From: Octopus sinensis
Lineage: Eukaryota
Length of the DNA stretch: 64,000 bases
Assembly (NCBI RefSeq): GCF_006345805.1
Contig: NC_043003.1
Coordinates: 29,140,001-29,204,000, forward strand
Reading direction: 5' to 3'
The first letter of the stretch is position 1. Every line of letters starts with the position of its first letter. Both the position numbers and the translations under genes were made by a program. Below, in pieces: positions 21,995-34,319 of this stretch. The notes beneath the pieces are model-generated. The model saw only the letters and a list, made by a program, of their open reading frames with translations. It made no database searches and was not told the DNA's origin.

Positions 21995-22533
21995 GTTAGT
22001 TAGTTAGTTAGTTAATTTGGCTCAAAAGCAAATAGCAAGGCCATGTAGGGGAACATGGAGTTAAGTACAGGGTGGTGTTCATGTAAAAAGTTCAGGCCAC
22101 TTGAGGTCAAGGGAGGCTTTGAACAAAGCGGTCGTCGGCATCTTCACCATCTCGTCTGGCAGCTTGTTCCACGGATCCGCAACCCGGACGAGAAGCTCCT
22201 CTCCTTCGATTGAGATGAAATCGTCGCAGGTAGAGCTTTTCGGAATGACCCCGCAGCCGACGCTCTGGAGCAGGAGTGAAGAACAGCTCTTTCGAGAGGT
22301 TACACTTCCGCTTATGATGTTGTGGGCGAGAATGAGATCACCACGGCGGCGGCGTTTTTCAAGAGAATAAGGTCGAGCGTCCTCAGCTTTCTTCGTAGGA
22401 CAAATTTGAGACCATGAACCATGCGGGTAGCCAGCTTCTGGACTCTTTCGAGATGCTGTATGTCTTTGAGGAGATAAGGAGAAGAGGCTTGAATCCCATA
22501 CTCCAATATGGGTCTCACCAGCGTGACATAGAG
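21995..22533 (-). mobile_element. CR1-clade LINE 3' end, 5'-truncated, (TAAC)n tail
   Basis: VRPILEYG..SPYLLKDIQHLERVQKLATRMV, LEKRRRRGDLI, WNKLPDEMV..FKASLD. Confidence 0.92.
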
Positions 22534-22747
22534 TGGTAGGAATATATGTATTTACAGTTAAATATTCATGGTCTGAAAGTCTCCCCTTTTTGCTTTCTCT
22601 CATTTTGAATATATACACATATACATATTTTATATTTCATACCCAGGCTAATATATCTGATATATTTAATCTGTTTATCCACATAATTGCCTACATACAT
22701 ACATACATACATACATACATACATACATACATACATACATACATACA

Positions 22748-22778
<31 letters not shown>

Positions 22779-22929
22779 GTATGTATGTATATATACATGC
22801 ATACAATCATGTACATGTGTGTGTTAGTGGGGGGCTGTTGTGTATGTTTCAGTTAATTAATCCCTCTAGTAATCAATCTATAAGTCTGCCTATATCGAGC
22901 CATCAATTATCTATCTCTTGATACACACT

Positions 22930-22961
<32 letters not shown>

Positions 22962-23027
22962 AGTCATACATACATATATATACATACATACATATGTACA
23001 TATATATATATATATAAACATACTGTG

Positions 23028-23058
<31 letters not shown>

Positions 23059-23614
23059 GTTTACAATACACATATCAATTCTGGTATCTATATCTGACAA
23101 TCTACGTTTATATTTATCTCTGGGCTTATCCGTCTATTGGCATGTATATGTCTTCGTTCACGCGCACACGCACACACATACGTCCACATACACACACACA
23201 CACACACTCATACACATACAGACAGGCATGTATACATACATTCATATATACAGTGTGTGTGTGTGTGTGTATGTGTGTGTGTGTGTGTGTGTGTGAACAT
23301 ACACACCCAACGAACAACGCATCAATCTTTTGCGCCATTTCATCAGTCACCCTCAACACTCCTCGCAGACTTCCTGACACAGTTCTTTTTCTTCTTCTTC
23401 AGTTTCTCCTCCTTTTTTCTTCTTTGAAACAATAAGAATATTATACTTTGGGAAAACTAAACTGCGAAGATTGATGCCAGCAGTAAGTTGAACCAATTCC
23501 AGCCTTGATGCGAATTGGCGGATTAATGTTCATTTTGAGTAGTGTGGTTGTGAGTGCATTTTGTGTATGTGGCTGCTTGAGAGTGTATATGTGATAAGTG
23601 TGTGTTTGTATGTA

Positions 23615-23652
<38 letters not shown>

Positions 23653-23889
23653 TAACTGTGTGTTTCCGCTCCTGTGCATGAGAAGTGGTGAGATGGGTAT
23701 ATATATATATATATGTGAGCGAGAGTATAAGTTTATATACGCATTGGCGCGTTTCTATTTTTATGTATGTATATATATATATATTTGCATGTATGTATTT
23801 TTGTATATGTATGAGTAATTACGTAAATAATATGTAAGTATGGATGGATGGATGGATGGATGGATGGATGGATGGATGGATGGATGGAT

Positions 23890-24096
23890 ACTCTTTTACT
23901 TGTTTCAGTCATTTGACTGTGGCCATGCTGGAACACCACCTTTAGGCGACCAAATCGACCCCAGGACGTTTGTAAGCCTAATACTTATTCTATCGGTCTC
24001 TTTTGCCGAACCGCTAAGTTACGGGGATGTAAGCACACCAGCATGAGTTGTCAAGCGATGCTGGGGGGACAAACAGACACACAAACATATACATAC

Positions 24097-24173
<77 letters not shown>

Positions 24174-24403
24174 TGGCGGTGACCCAGCATGGCCACAGCT
24201 CGTGAGCTGAAACTAGATATATATATATATATATATAATATATACGACGGGCTTCTTCCAGTTTTCGTCTACCAAATCCACTCACAAGGCTTTGGTCGGC
24301 CCGAGGCTATAGCAGAAGACACTTGCCCATGATGCCACGTAGTGAGACTGAACCCGGGACCATGTGGTTGGTAAGCAAGCTACTTACCAGACAGCCACTC
24401 CAT
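23890..24403 (-). mobile_element. SINE family B, full length, with a LINE-tail fragment in its internal (TA)n
   Basis: Both halves present; insert at about 24170-24218 CCCAGCATGGCCACAGCTCGTGAGCTGAAACTAG. Confidence 0.9.
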
Positions 24404-24544
24404 GCATGTATGTATGTATATGTGTATTTGTCACTGCATCTATGAATCTATATATGTGTGTATATACACATATATATTTGTCTGTCTATTCTTGTGTCCA
24501 TATACATATATTTATCTCTACGTGTGTATATGCAACAGTTAAAT

Positions 24545-24960
24545 ACTAAACTTCTGCTATGTTATACTGTATATTCTTTTTTCACAGTGCTTTTAATAGT
24601 TTGTAAATATAATTTCTTCATTATCTCCTTCATGTCTTGTTCTGTGGAGCCCAACTTCTCAAAACTGATCATAAGGAATTTAGCTATCCATCCAAACACC
24701 CTAATAACCACGTGCCTCGGTTGTTGTATCTGAGATGCTTTCATTAGTTTGGTATGGATATTTTCCTTTTATCTTCAGCTTCATGTTAAAGTCTGCTGAA
24801 CAATTGATTTTTTACAACCGCGCACGCTTCCTGTTCTCCTTTGTCTTATATCGGTCTGCTGTGCTTGTATTCTACAAAATCTTTGGCAGGAATATTCCAA
24901 CAGTATTCTTCCATATTATGGCTGAATATATTCCTTCTATTTTTCCCAGAGTTGCTGTGT
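24545..24960 (-). mobile_element. Non-LTR retrotransposon restriction-like endonuclease fragment (degenerate)
   Basis: YCWNIP..KHSRP(D)I..C..ADFNMKLKI..; homologous to 61025-61480. Confidence 0.65.
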
Positions 24961-25154
24961 GGGTTTTGGTCGCCAATTTGTGCGGTAGCCAAATTAATTG
25001 TCCCTTAGTTTAAACGTTAGATACTTTCGTCGACAAACCCGTAGCAACCGTCAGTAGTCTGTACGTCCCGAACGGATTGGCTAACACATCATACCTCATA
25101 GGTATATACTGTCACGATGACAGTTTCAAATAGTTACATCCTAAAGGCTTGCAT

Positions 25155-25368
25155 CTTTATTACTCTTTTGCTTGTTTCAGTCATTTGACTGTGGCCATGC
25201 TGGAGCACCGCCTTTAGTCGAGCAAATCGATCCCAGGACTTATTCTTTGTAAGCCTAGTACTTATTCTATCGGTCTCTTACCGAACCGCTATGTTACGGG
25301 ATGTAAACACACCAGCAATGGTTGTCAAGCGATGTTGGGGGACAAACACAGACACACAAACATATACC

Positions 25369-25434
<66 letters not shown>

Positions 25435-25586
25435 TTGCTAAGATGATCTGGTTCTTGACTGATGACTGAGGGCTTCGAATGTCCCGTCCTGTGGTTCTTG
25501 TGTCGTCTCTGTGGTGTTTCATGTTCTTGTCCATGTCTGTAATTATTTTTACTGTTTACCTATATATATATATATATATATATATC

Positions 25587-25642
<56 letters not shown>

Positions 25643-25818
25643 TTATATATATATATACTATATACGACTGTCTTTTTTCAGTTTCCGTCTACCAAATCCA
25701 CTCACAAGGCTTTGGTCGGCTCGAGGCTATAGTAGAAGACACTTGCCCAAGGTGCCACGCAGGGCGACTGAACCCAGAACCATACGGTTCGTAGGCTACC
25801 TGACTGCGCATGCACCTG
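25155..25818 (-). mobile_element. SINE family B split by a Penelope-like insert (about 25430-25560) in its (TA)n spacer
   Basis: 3' half 25155-25375, 5' half 25660-25818; insert begins TCTGGTTCTTGACTGATGA, resembling rc of 3510-3540. Confidence 0.8.
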
Positions 25819-26389
25819 CCAGCCTACTCTAATTAGACACAAATGGCAACAGTTTGCTTTACATTCACTTTAAAATATAAGTTTTCAATCAGAAATTAAC
25901 CAAAAATACAGGGTGTCCACAAATTACGTACATATGTATGATGTAAATGTGCAATTATGTATGTATGTATGTATGTATGTATGTATGTATGTATGTATGT
26001 ATGTATGTATGTGGAACTTTCATGTGTAACCAAATGGCTCAGCACCAATCTTGAAAAATTAGTTCTCGAAAGCGGAAAGGAGAATGTTAATTAGAGCACT
26101 ACAGATACAAGCCATCAATGAAATTGTTTCAATATGCTAAACTTTCAAACACGTTTAGCATTTAAGTACATATGCACGTGTCAAGACATGCCACTATATA
26201 TGTGATCGCACATACATAATGCTAAACATACAGATCTGCGACCAAATATTTGCATATGTCAACTAGACCGTTGATGCTGCTGAAATTCCAGTGAAGAAGC
26301 CTTAGATGTAGATTAGAACTCGACTCCTTTCTTCATTGGTGAGAAATTTATAAATAAGCTAGATGATAGCATATATACATACATGCATA

Positions 26390-26418
26390 CACACACACAT
26401 TCATCCATCCATCCATCC

Positions 26419-26449
<31 letters not shown>

Positions 26450-26768
26450 CATACATACATACATACATACATACATACATACATACATAGATACATGCAT
26501 GCATGCATGCATGCATGCATACATACATAGATACATACATACATGCATGCATGCATACATACATACATACATACATACATACATACATAAATATGTACAT
26601 AGATACATACATGCATGCATACATACATGCATGCATACATACATATATACATACATAGATACATACATGCATGCATGCATGCATACATACATACATACAT
26701 ACATACATACATACATACATACATACATACATACATACATACATACATACATACATACATACATACAT
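26390..26768. repeat. (CATA)n/(CATG)n compound microsatellite
   Basis: Direct observation. Confidence 0.95.
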
Positions 26769-26939
26769 GTTGCTTTGACAGTCTTCGAGTCCATGAAAGA
26801 CGAATCCGCTATTTCTTGCTGATCAACCGACTCAGATGATTTGATTACAGTGATCAAATGTTTGAGCTGTATGATAGCTCACTTTCTCCATCAAATCAGC
26901 ATTTCCTTTACATCAATTCGGCATTCCCTTTTGAACCAC

Positions 26940-27080
26940 AAGTCAGATTCGAAGTGATCGCAGAGTTAAGTGAAATTAGGTATTTTGCACAAGAACACTA
27001 CGCAACACTCGCTCTGGGAACTGAAACCACCACCTTGCAATTGTGAATGCAATATCCCAACTACTAAACCACGCACTCTT
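26940..27080 (-). mobile_element. V-domain-like SINE, degenerate
   Basis: rc GTGGTTTAGTAGTTGGG..GTTTCAGTTCCCAG..GTGTTCTTGTGCAAAATAC. Confidence 0.5.
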
Positions 27081-27384
27081 ACTACATACGTACATACATA
27101 CTAAAAGTATGCGTGTGCAGAACCTTCCGCTGATAAACTGATCAGGAAATCTTTCAGCTGATGCCATATTGGTTTCAAATTTTGGCACAAGGCCAGTAAG
27201 TTCAGAGAAGCAGGTAGGTGGATTACAATTTTGCCCGGCGCACTAACTATTCTACCAGCTTGCCGCCTTAAGCTGATGTCATATTGTAGAGCTGCGCAAC
27301 ATCCCAGGGTGTCTAAACTCGGATCGTCAGCTAGGGAAAACTTACCAAAGAGCTACTCACCAATTGTAAGGATACTATTTGTCT

Positions 27385-27745
27385 CAGGCGTGGCTGTGTG
27401 GTAGGAAGCTTGCTTCCCAACCACGTGGTTCCAGGTTCATTCCCACAGCGTGGAACGTTGAGTTAGTATTGACTACTATAGCCTTGGCCGACCAAAACCT
27501 TATGAGTGGATTTGGTAGGCGGAAACGGAAAGAAGCCTGTCGCATATATATGTACATGTGCGTATATAGACGTGTTTTAGGCGTAGGAGTGGCTGTGTGG
27601 TAAGTAGCTTGCTTACCAACCACATGGTTCCGGGTTCAGTACCACTGCGTGGCACTTTGGGTGTCTTCTACTATAGCCTCGGGCCGACCAAAACCTTGTG
27701 AGTGGATTTGGTAGACGGAAACTGAAAGAAGCCCGTCATATATAT

Positions 27746-27814
<69 letters not shown>

Positions 27815-28050
27815 TGTGTGTGTGTATATATGTTTGTGTGTCTGTGTTTGTTCCCCAGCATCGCTTGACAACCGATGCTGGTGTGTTTACGTCCCCGTAA
27901 CTTGGCTGTTCGGCAAGAGAGACCGATAGAATAAAGTACTAGGCTTACAAAGAATAGGTCGTGGGGTCGATTTTCTCGACTAAAGGCGGTGCTCCAGCAT
28001 GGTCACAGTCAAGTGACTGGAACAAGTAAACGAGTAAAAGAATAAAAGAG
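27385..28050 (+). mobile_element. Two tandem family B SINEs (5' half 27385-27565; full copy 27580-28050)
   Basis: Two heads; the second copy has spacer and tail ending GAATAAAAGAG. Confidence 0.9.
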
Positions 28051-28138
28051 TCCACAGATAAGCCTCAAAAATCGCTGAATGGTAGACGTTGACGAATAGA
28101 GCTGAAACGACATTCATTGGGTGCTAGAATCGTTTTAA

Positions 28139-28334
28139 CCCTTTGCCTCCATAGAGCCCGGTTAAAGTAGAAGTGTTCAATAGTGCTGTTGATGTCAACA
28201 TTTCCGGTAGTTGTTAATTATTAGCTACCATGTTTTAATATCAACGGCCCGGATCTCATATAGCGTCCAATAAACCCAGATATTGGTATGAGTGGTTGAA
28301 CGGTGTGGGCGTAGCGAAATTAGGAAGCAAGAGG
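28139..28334. mobile_element. piggyBac-like MITE
   Basis: TTAA|CCCTTTGCCTCC...GGAAGCAAGAGG|TTAA: imperfect 12-bp TIRs with TTAA TSD. Confidence 0.5.
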
Positions 28335-28778
28335 TTAAAGCTCTTGCTATATATAAAGGGAAGCGAAATATCCTCTGAGCTATTAAATATTGTTAGTTAA
28401 ATAGGAGAGACCACAAGTGTCCTTGTCCTTTGGCGTTGAGAATGATTGCTTATGCCATAGTGTAAGCGAATACGTGCATACGTGTGTGCGTGTGTGTGCA
28501 TGCACGAGTGTGTGTGTGTTTATGCCTGCGTCTGTCTCTGTGTGTGAGTGTGAGTCTTTATGTGTGTTAGTGTTTGTGTGTGTGTTTGTGCGGGGGAGTG
28601 AATGAATTGTACATTTCTGCCAGTATAATTAAGTGTATAATTAATTCGGAATTTTGATTAGACAAAGCATAAACACACATATACATAAACATGCGTAAAC
28701 ACACAAACATGTACACACAGTACAAGCATATACATAATCATATGTGTGCATGTGTGTGTCTGTTTGTGTTTGTGTATA

Positions 28779-28820
<42 letters not shown>

Positions 28821-28821
<1 letters not shown>

Positions 28822-29511
28822 GAGGGGAAGTCAAAAATTATCCACACTTTCGCCATAACATATCTTTAATATTGTCATACTGCCTTCTGCACTTGCGTAT
28901 TTATAGTTGGTACTATTGTGGTCTCGTAACAGAAGTTTGAGCTTGATCGCGCCATCTTTCTTTTGGCTTTACAGTATAAGCATGGCCGTTCCACTAACAA
29001 TATACACCAAAGAAGAACAAGGAGTAGTGATCCGATTTCTCAGGAAAAGAGGTGTACGATCAACAGTGCAAGGTACAGTGCTTTGCTGACCAACAAACTG
29101 AAGCCAGCAATCAGCATCAAACGCCGAAGCCTATAGTCGAAGAAAGTTTTGTCGTTGCATGACAATGCACGCTTACACACGGTCCCCATACCGTTGAAAC
29201 CATTAACCAATTGGGTTTTGAGATGCTGGAACACCCTGCCTACAATCCAGATTTCGCGCCTTCCGGCTATCATGTCTTTGGACCGTTCATCGATTTCCTA
29301 CAGGTAAAGATGTGAAGGAAGCGATGCATAAATGGTTGCACGACCCACCGAAAACTTTCTTCTTGGAGGGAATTTGCAAGTTTGTGAACCACTGGACCAA
29401 GTTCATCGAAAAGGAAGGAGACTATATAGAAGAATGATGTACTTGTATATCCTCAGCTATTGTGTAAATACATTGAAAACAACAAAAGTGCGTATATTTT
29501 TTGACTCTCCT

Positions 29512-29514
<3 letters not shown>
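28821..29514 (+). mobile_element. Internally deleted mariner with both TIRs
   Basis: CGAGGGGAAGTCAAAAATTATCCACACTTT / rc CGAAGGAGAGTCAAAAAATATACGCACTTT; MAVPLTIYTKEEQGVVIRFL, LHDNAR, HPAYNPDFAPS, WTKFIEKEGDYIEE*. Confidence 0.9.
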
Positions 29515-29558
<44 letters not shown>

Positions 29559-29673
29559 TGTGTTTGTGTGTGTGTGTGTGTGTTGTGTGTGTGTGTGTGT
29601 GCGTGCGTGTGTGTGTGTGGTGTGTGTGCGTGCGTGCGTGCGTGTGTGTGTGTGTGTATGTGTGTGTGTGTGT

Positions 29674-29705
<32 letters not shown>
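29515..29705. repeat. (GT)n compound microsatellite
   Basis: Direct observation. Confidence 0.95.
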
Positions 29706-29707
<2 letters not shown>

Positions 29708-30326
29708 TGTATGTGAGTGTAGGACGGACTTCTTTTACTTTCCATATATCAGATCTACTCACCAGGCTTTAGTCGGCCTGAGGGTATATTAGAGGACGTT
29801 TGATAAAGGCGCCACGCATTGAAACTAAACCCGGAACAAGCAAACTTCTCACTCCACTCAACCATACCTGCGCCTCTATCTGTATGCACACACACATACA
29901 TACACACATATACATACATACATACATACACACATACATACATACATACATACATACAGGATTATGTACATGCAAATATATATACATACGTTTGTGGATA
30001 CATATACATACGTACATATAGTTACATACACACATAGTATAGCATGCATAGAGACATACGTGCATACAGACTTGTACACACGCACAGCTATACACACACG
30101 TACACACACACATACACACATACATACATACATACATACATACATACATACATACATACATACATACATACATACATACATACATGCATACATACATACA
30201 AGCATCTATGCATATATATATATATGCATAATTACCGACCAACTGAAAAACAGGATCCTCCCGGATGTTAAAAATCCCTCAGATTACATCATCATCATTA
30301 ACGTCGTCGTCATCATCATCATCATC

Positions 30327-30379
<53 letters not shown>

Positions 30380-30728
30380 TTCTCTTCTCTTGCCTTCAGT
30401 CATTTTTTTTAAATACGATTCAGTGCGTGTGTATTTGTGTTTGTCTGTGGGTATGAGTGTGTGTGTGCGCGTGTGCGTGCCTGGATATGTGTGTATTTGT
30501 ATGTGTATATGTATGCGTCTGTTTTGTGTGTATCTGAGCTATTGTCTTGGGTGTTGTTTGGGATGGGGTGTTGCAGTTCTACTTCTCATCTGCTTGCTAT
30601 AATCTTGCTTACAGCTTCCTGAGTCAAGCTCCCCATGGTTAAACTACAAAGTAATCAAGTGTATAAGACACCCCTCTAGGTATACATCTCTCTCGCACCC
30701 TTCCTCTCTCTGTCTGTCTCTCTGTCTG

Positions 30729-30808
<80 letters not shown>

Positions 30809-30939
30809 ATCCCTTTTTCTTCAAAAATATCAGGCTAAGCCTCCCTGAAGCTACACACCATGACTGGGTCCATTATAGTCTACCAACTGATTTGGCAGGG
30901 GAACTCGGAACAGCAGTAGCCCAATGTCACACACACGCA

Positions 30940-30972
<33 letters not shown>

Positions 30973-31263
30973 TCATACTTATTCATACACTCACGCACAC
31001 ATATACACAGGCCGACATCGGTGATACTTAACAGCCCCTATTTCCTTGCTTCGTTGTCGACCTACATGAACAGTGTGCAAGTTCACATTGGTGGACATGC
31101 CTTGGTACTTGACCACTACTATCTCCCTTCGGTGCTAGCTGACTCATAAAATAAGTACAAGGCTAAACCAGAGTATTTGAAACCTTCTTTTTTATCTATG
31201 GACCCTTTGATTCCTATTTTACTTGGTGGAACCCTCCGAGACATTCGATGTTAAAAAGAAAAT

Positions 31264-31422
31264 CAAGAGTGGCTGTGTGATAAGTAGCTTGCGTACAAAT
31301 CACATGGATTCGGGTTCAGTCCCACTGCGTGGTATCTTGGACAAGTGTCTTCTACTATAGCCTCGGGCCGACCAAAGCCTTGTGAGTGGATGTGGTAGAC
31401 GGAAACTGAAAGAAGCCCGTCG

Positions 31423-31505
<83 letters not shown>

Positions 31506-31745
31506 GTGTATGTGTGTGTGTGTGTGTGTGAGTGTTTCTGTGTCTGAGTTTGTCTCCCCAACATCGCTTGACAACCGGTGCAGGTGTGTTTACGTTCTCG
31601 TAACTTAGCAATTCGGCAAAAGAGACCGATAGAATAAGTACTAGGCTTACAAAGAATAAGTCCTGGGGTCGATTTGCTCGACTAAAGGTAGTGCTCCAGC
31701 ATGGCAACAGTCAAATGACTCAAACAAGTAAAAGAATAAAAGAAT
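31264..31745 (+). mobile_element. SINE family B, full length
   Basis: Head, CORE-like domain, (TA)(TG) spacer, tail. Confidence 0.92.
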
Positions 31746-32061
31746 AGACGAATGTTTTTATAATTAAATGTTATTATGGATTGTATAAAAATAACTGAAA
31801 ATGTTTTGTGTATTCTAGAAGTATAACCAATTTATTGTTCATAAATTCTAACAACAAAATCTTGTATGGATTCCGGTTGAAAACCTCTGGGTTAAACCCT
31901 TCAAAGCAGTGATCCAGCATAGCCGCAGTTAAATGACTGAAACAAGTGAAAGTGTTAAAGAGTGTGTGTGTGTGTGTGTGTGTGTGTACTGTTCCGTGTG
32001 TGTGCGTATACTGTTCCGCGTGTGTGTGTGTTATACTCTTCCGAGTGCTTGCGGATCATTT

Positions 32062-32104
<43 letters not shown>

Positions 32105-32107
<3 letters not shown>

Positions 32108-32225
32108 CCTGCTCGCTTAGCCAGCGGGGTGGCGTCATCTGAAGGCTAAAACAATGCGAAGCGCATTGTGACCAGTGATGTGTAACAATATCTGATAGCC
32201 TGGTCGGTCACGGTGATCACGGTGA
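32105..32225 (+). mobile_element. 5'-truncated copy of the family C stem-loop tail
   Basis: TGGCCTGCTCGCTTAGCCAGCGGGG..ACAATGCGAAGCGCATTGT..GGTCACGGTGATCACGGTGA matches 9975-10092. Confidence 0.85.
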
Positions 32226-32329
32226 TATATATATATATTATAAATGATCTACAAGCACTCAAGCAAACTGAGTCCTCAACTTGTCCCATTTGCCAAAAGG
32301 TTTTGCAAGGCACCAATAGGCTTCAAGAG

Positions 32330-32610
32330 ATACATTCGTATCTATAGAACATGATTAACGCTTTGTTTTACTGAACCCTCATTTGTCGTTCACGACAGGG
32401 AAATAGATTTAGAAAACAACTAATTTCTATCTTTAATCAATTAGGACTTAAAATTATAGTAGCCACTAATCTCTCAATAGTTGATTATTTAGATGTTTCC
32501 ATAGATTTAAACTCCTCCTCCTCCTCCTCGTATAAACCTTTCCATAAGCCTAATGAGAAACTCGCATATATACATAAACAGTCTTGTCACCCTCCTGTAA
32601 TATTTTTTGA
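32330..32610 (+). mobile_element. Penelope-like element reverse transcriptase fragment
   Basis: Degenerate YRDDGL, then NRFRKQLISIFNQLGLKI..VDYLDVSIDL..YKPFHKPNEKLAYIHKQSCHPP in one frame from 32402. Confidence 0.85.
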
Positions 32611-32856
32611 AAAATCGGAAAATTTCTTCTATTCCTGACTGATTTCATATCTTTCCAGACTTAAAATTTAAGGTCTAAGGAAGATATCTCTTTTACCTTT
32701 TTACTTATTATTTTTTACATTTTAGCTTCTGTTTTTCGTTTTCCGTATGTCGTTTTCCCTTGTTTACTGTCTACGTTTTCTATATGCTGCATTCTCAAGT
32801 TTTTCGAGTTTCTTCTATTATTCAATCCCTTTAGTTCGTTATGATATGTGGTTTGG

Positions 32857-32903
32857 GCCTGAAGAATGTTTGAGTTTTCTCAACATATGAAACTATTAGT
32901 AGC
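32857..32903 (+). ncRNA. Degenerate hammerhead motif downstream of the Penelope RT
   Basis: GC-CTGAAGA-ATGTTTGAG TTTT CTCAACAT AT-GAAACTA T TAGT-A-GC. Confidence 0.45.
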
Positions 32904-33280
32904 GTTTTAACATATGTATGATGACCTTTAAATAATATTCATCTCTCACCAGATGGAGTACATTTTTTTGTTGAATTTTCTATTACGGATCAGTACATCA
33001 TATATATATATATAATATATATATATATATATAGAATAAAACTTATATATAAAGAACGTGAAATTCACGAATTGACAAACACGGAAAAACGGACAGTAAT
33101 TCAGAGCCTTCATTCTTCAGTCAGAAACCGATTCATCATGGCAAATTTCGGATATATATATATATATATAATCATATCAAAGGGAAATGGAATTTAATTA
33201 AAATTAAAATATTCAATCAAAATTTACATTTCCAGTGGTCTAACGTGCAAAAAACATTAGTCAAGAAGACTATATATTAG

Positions 33281-33396
33281 TCATACGATATAGTGTATAT
33301 TTATACACATAAGGAATCCACTTAACGTGAATTCAACGTGTTGAATTCACGTTAAGTGGATTCCTTATGTGTATAAATATACACTATATCGTATGA
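33281..33396. repeat. Perfect palindrome, 57-bp arms, 2-nt centre
   Basis: TCATACGATA..GAATTCAAC-GT-GTTGAATTC..TATCGTATGA. Confidence 0.95.
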
Positions 33397-33669
33397 TTAA
33401 TTATATATATATATAAATATCCGAGTTTGTAGTTTGTATGACTGTGTATAGAACAATATGTTAATCAATGAAATTCCTACTTCGGCTGAATTTCACGTTC
33501 TATTGTTTGCAATTTTTACAATTCTAAAATTTTACAGAAATCTCATGCGTTATGCAATCATGAGGTGTATGTAGTGACAATCATGTTCCGTAGTTGATAA
33601 CAGTTGTCAATTGTGGGACACGACTATCACTACGGAAACCTATTGATTGCATAACACATGAAAGTAATA

Positions 33670-33903
33670 TATTTCTTTACTACCCACAAGGGGCTAAACA
33701 CAGAGGGGACAAACAAGGACAGACAAACGGATTAAGTCGATTACATCGACCCCAGTGCGTAACTGGTACTTAATTTATCGACCCCGAAAGGATGAAAGGC
33801 AAAGTCGACCTCGGCAGAATTTGAACTCAGAACGTAACGACAGACGAAATACGGCTACGCATTTCGCCCGGCATGCTAACGTTTCTGCCAGCTCGCCGCC
33901 TTC
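33670..33903 (-). mobile_element. SINE family A, tail type 1, with 16-bp TSD
   Basis: TSD ACACATGAAAGTAATA at 33654-33669 and 33904-33919. Confidence 0.95.
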
Positions 33904-34161
33904 ACACATGAAAGTAATAGTTTATTTCAATATTGTAAAATTGTAAAAGTTGCAAATAATAAAACGTGAAATCAGACTAATTTGGAATTTGATTGATTAA
34001 CATGTGTGTGTGCGTGTGTGTGTGTCTGTGAGTGTGTATGCATGCTTGTATGCATGTATGTATGTATTCATGCATGTGTGTGTAAATCTTGTCAATCAAA
34101 CACCAACAACATACAGACTACACGATACAGGCATCACCTGAGGTGGTTCGGATATGTAATG

Positions 34162-34319
34162 CCCAAGTTCAAATTCCGCCGAGGTTGACTTTGCCTTTCA
34201 TCCTTTCGGAGTCGATAAATTAAGTACCAGTTACGCACTGGGGTCGATGTAATTGCCTTAATCCCTTTGTCCTTGTTTGTCCTCTCTATGTTTAGCCCCT
34301 TGTGGGCAATAAAGAAATA
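34162..34319 (+). mobile_element. 5'-truncated SINE family A, tail type 1, with 12-bp TSD
   Basis: TSD GGATATGTAATG at 34150-34161 and 34320-34331. Confidence 0.9.
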
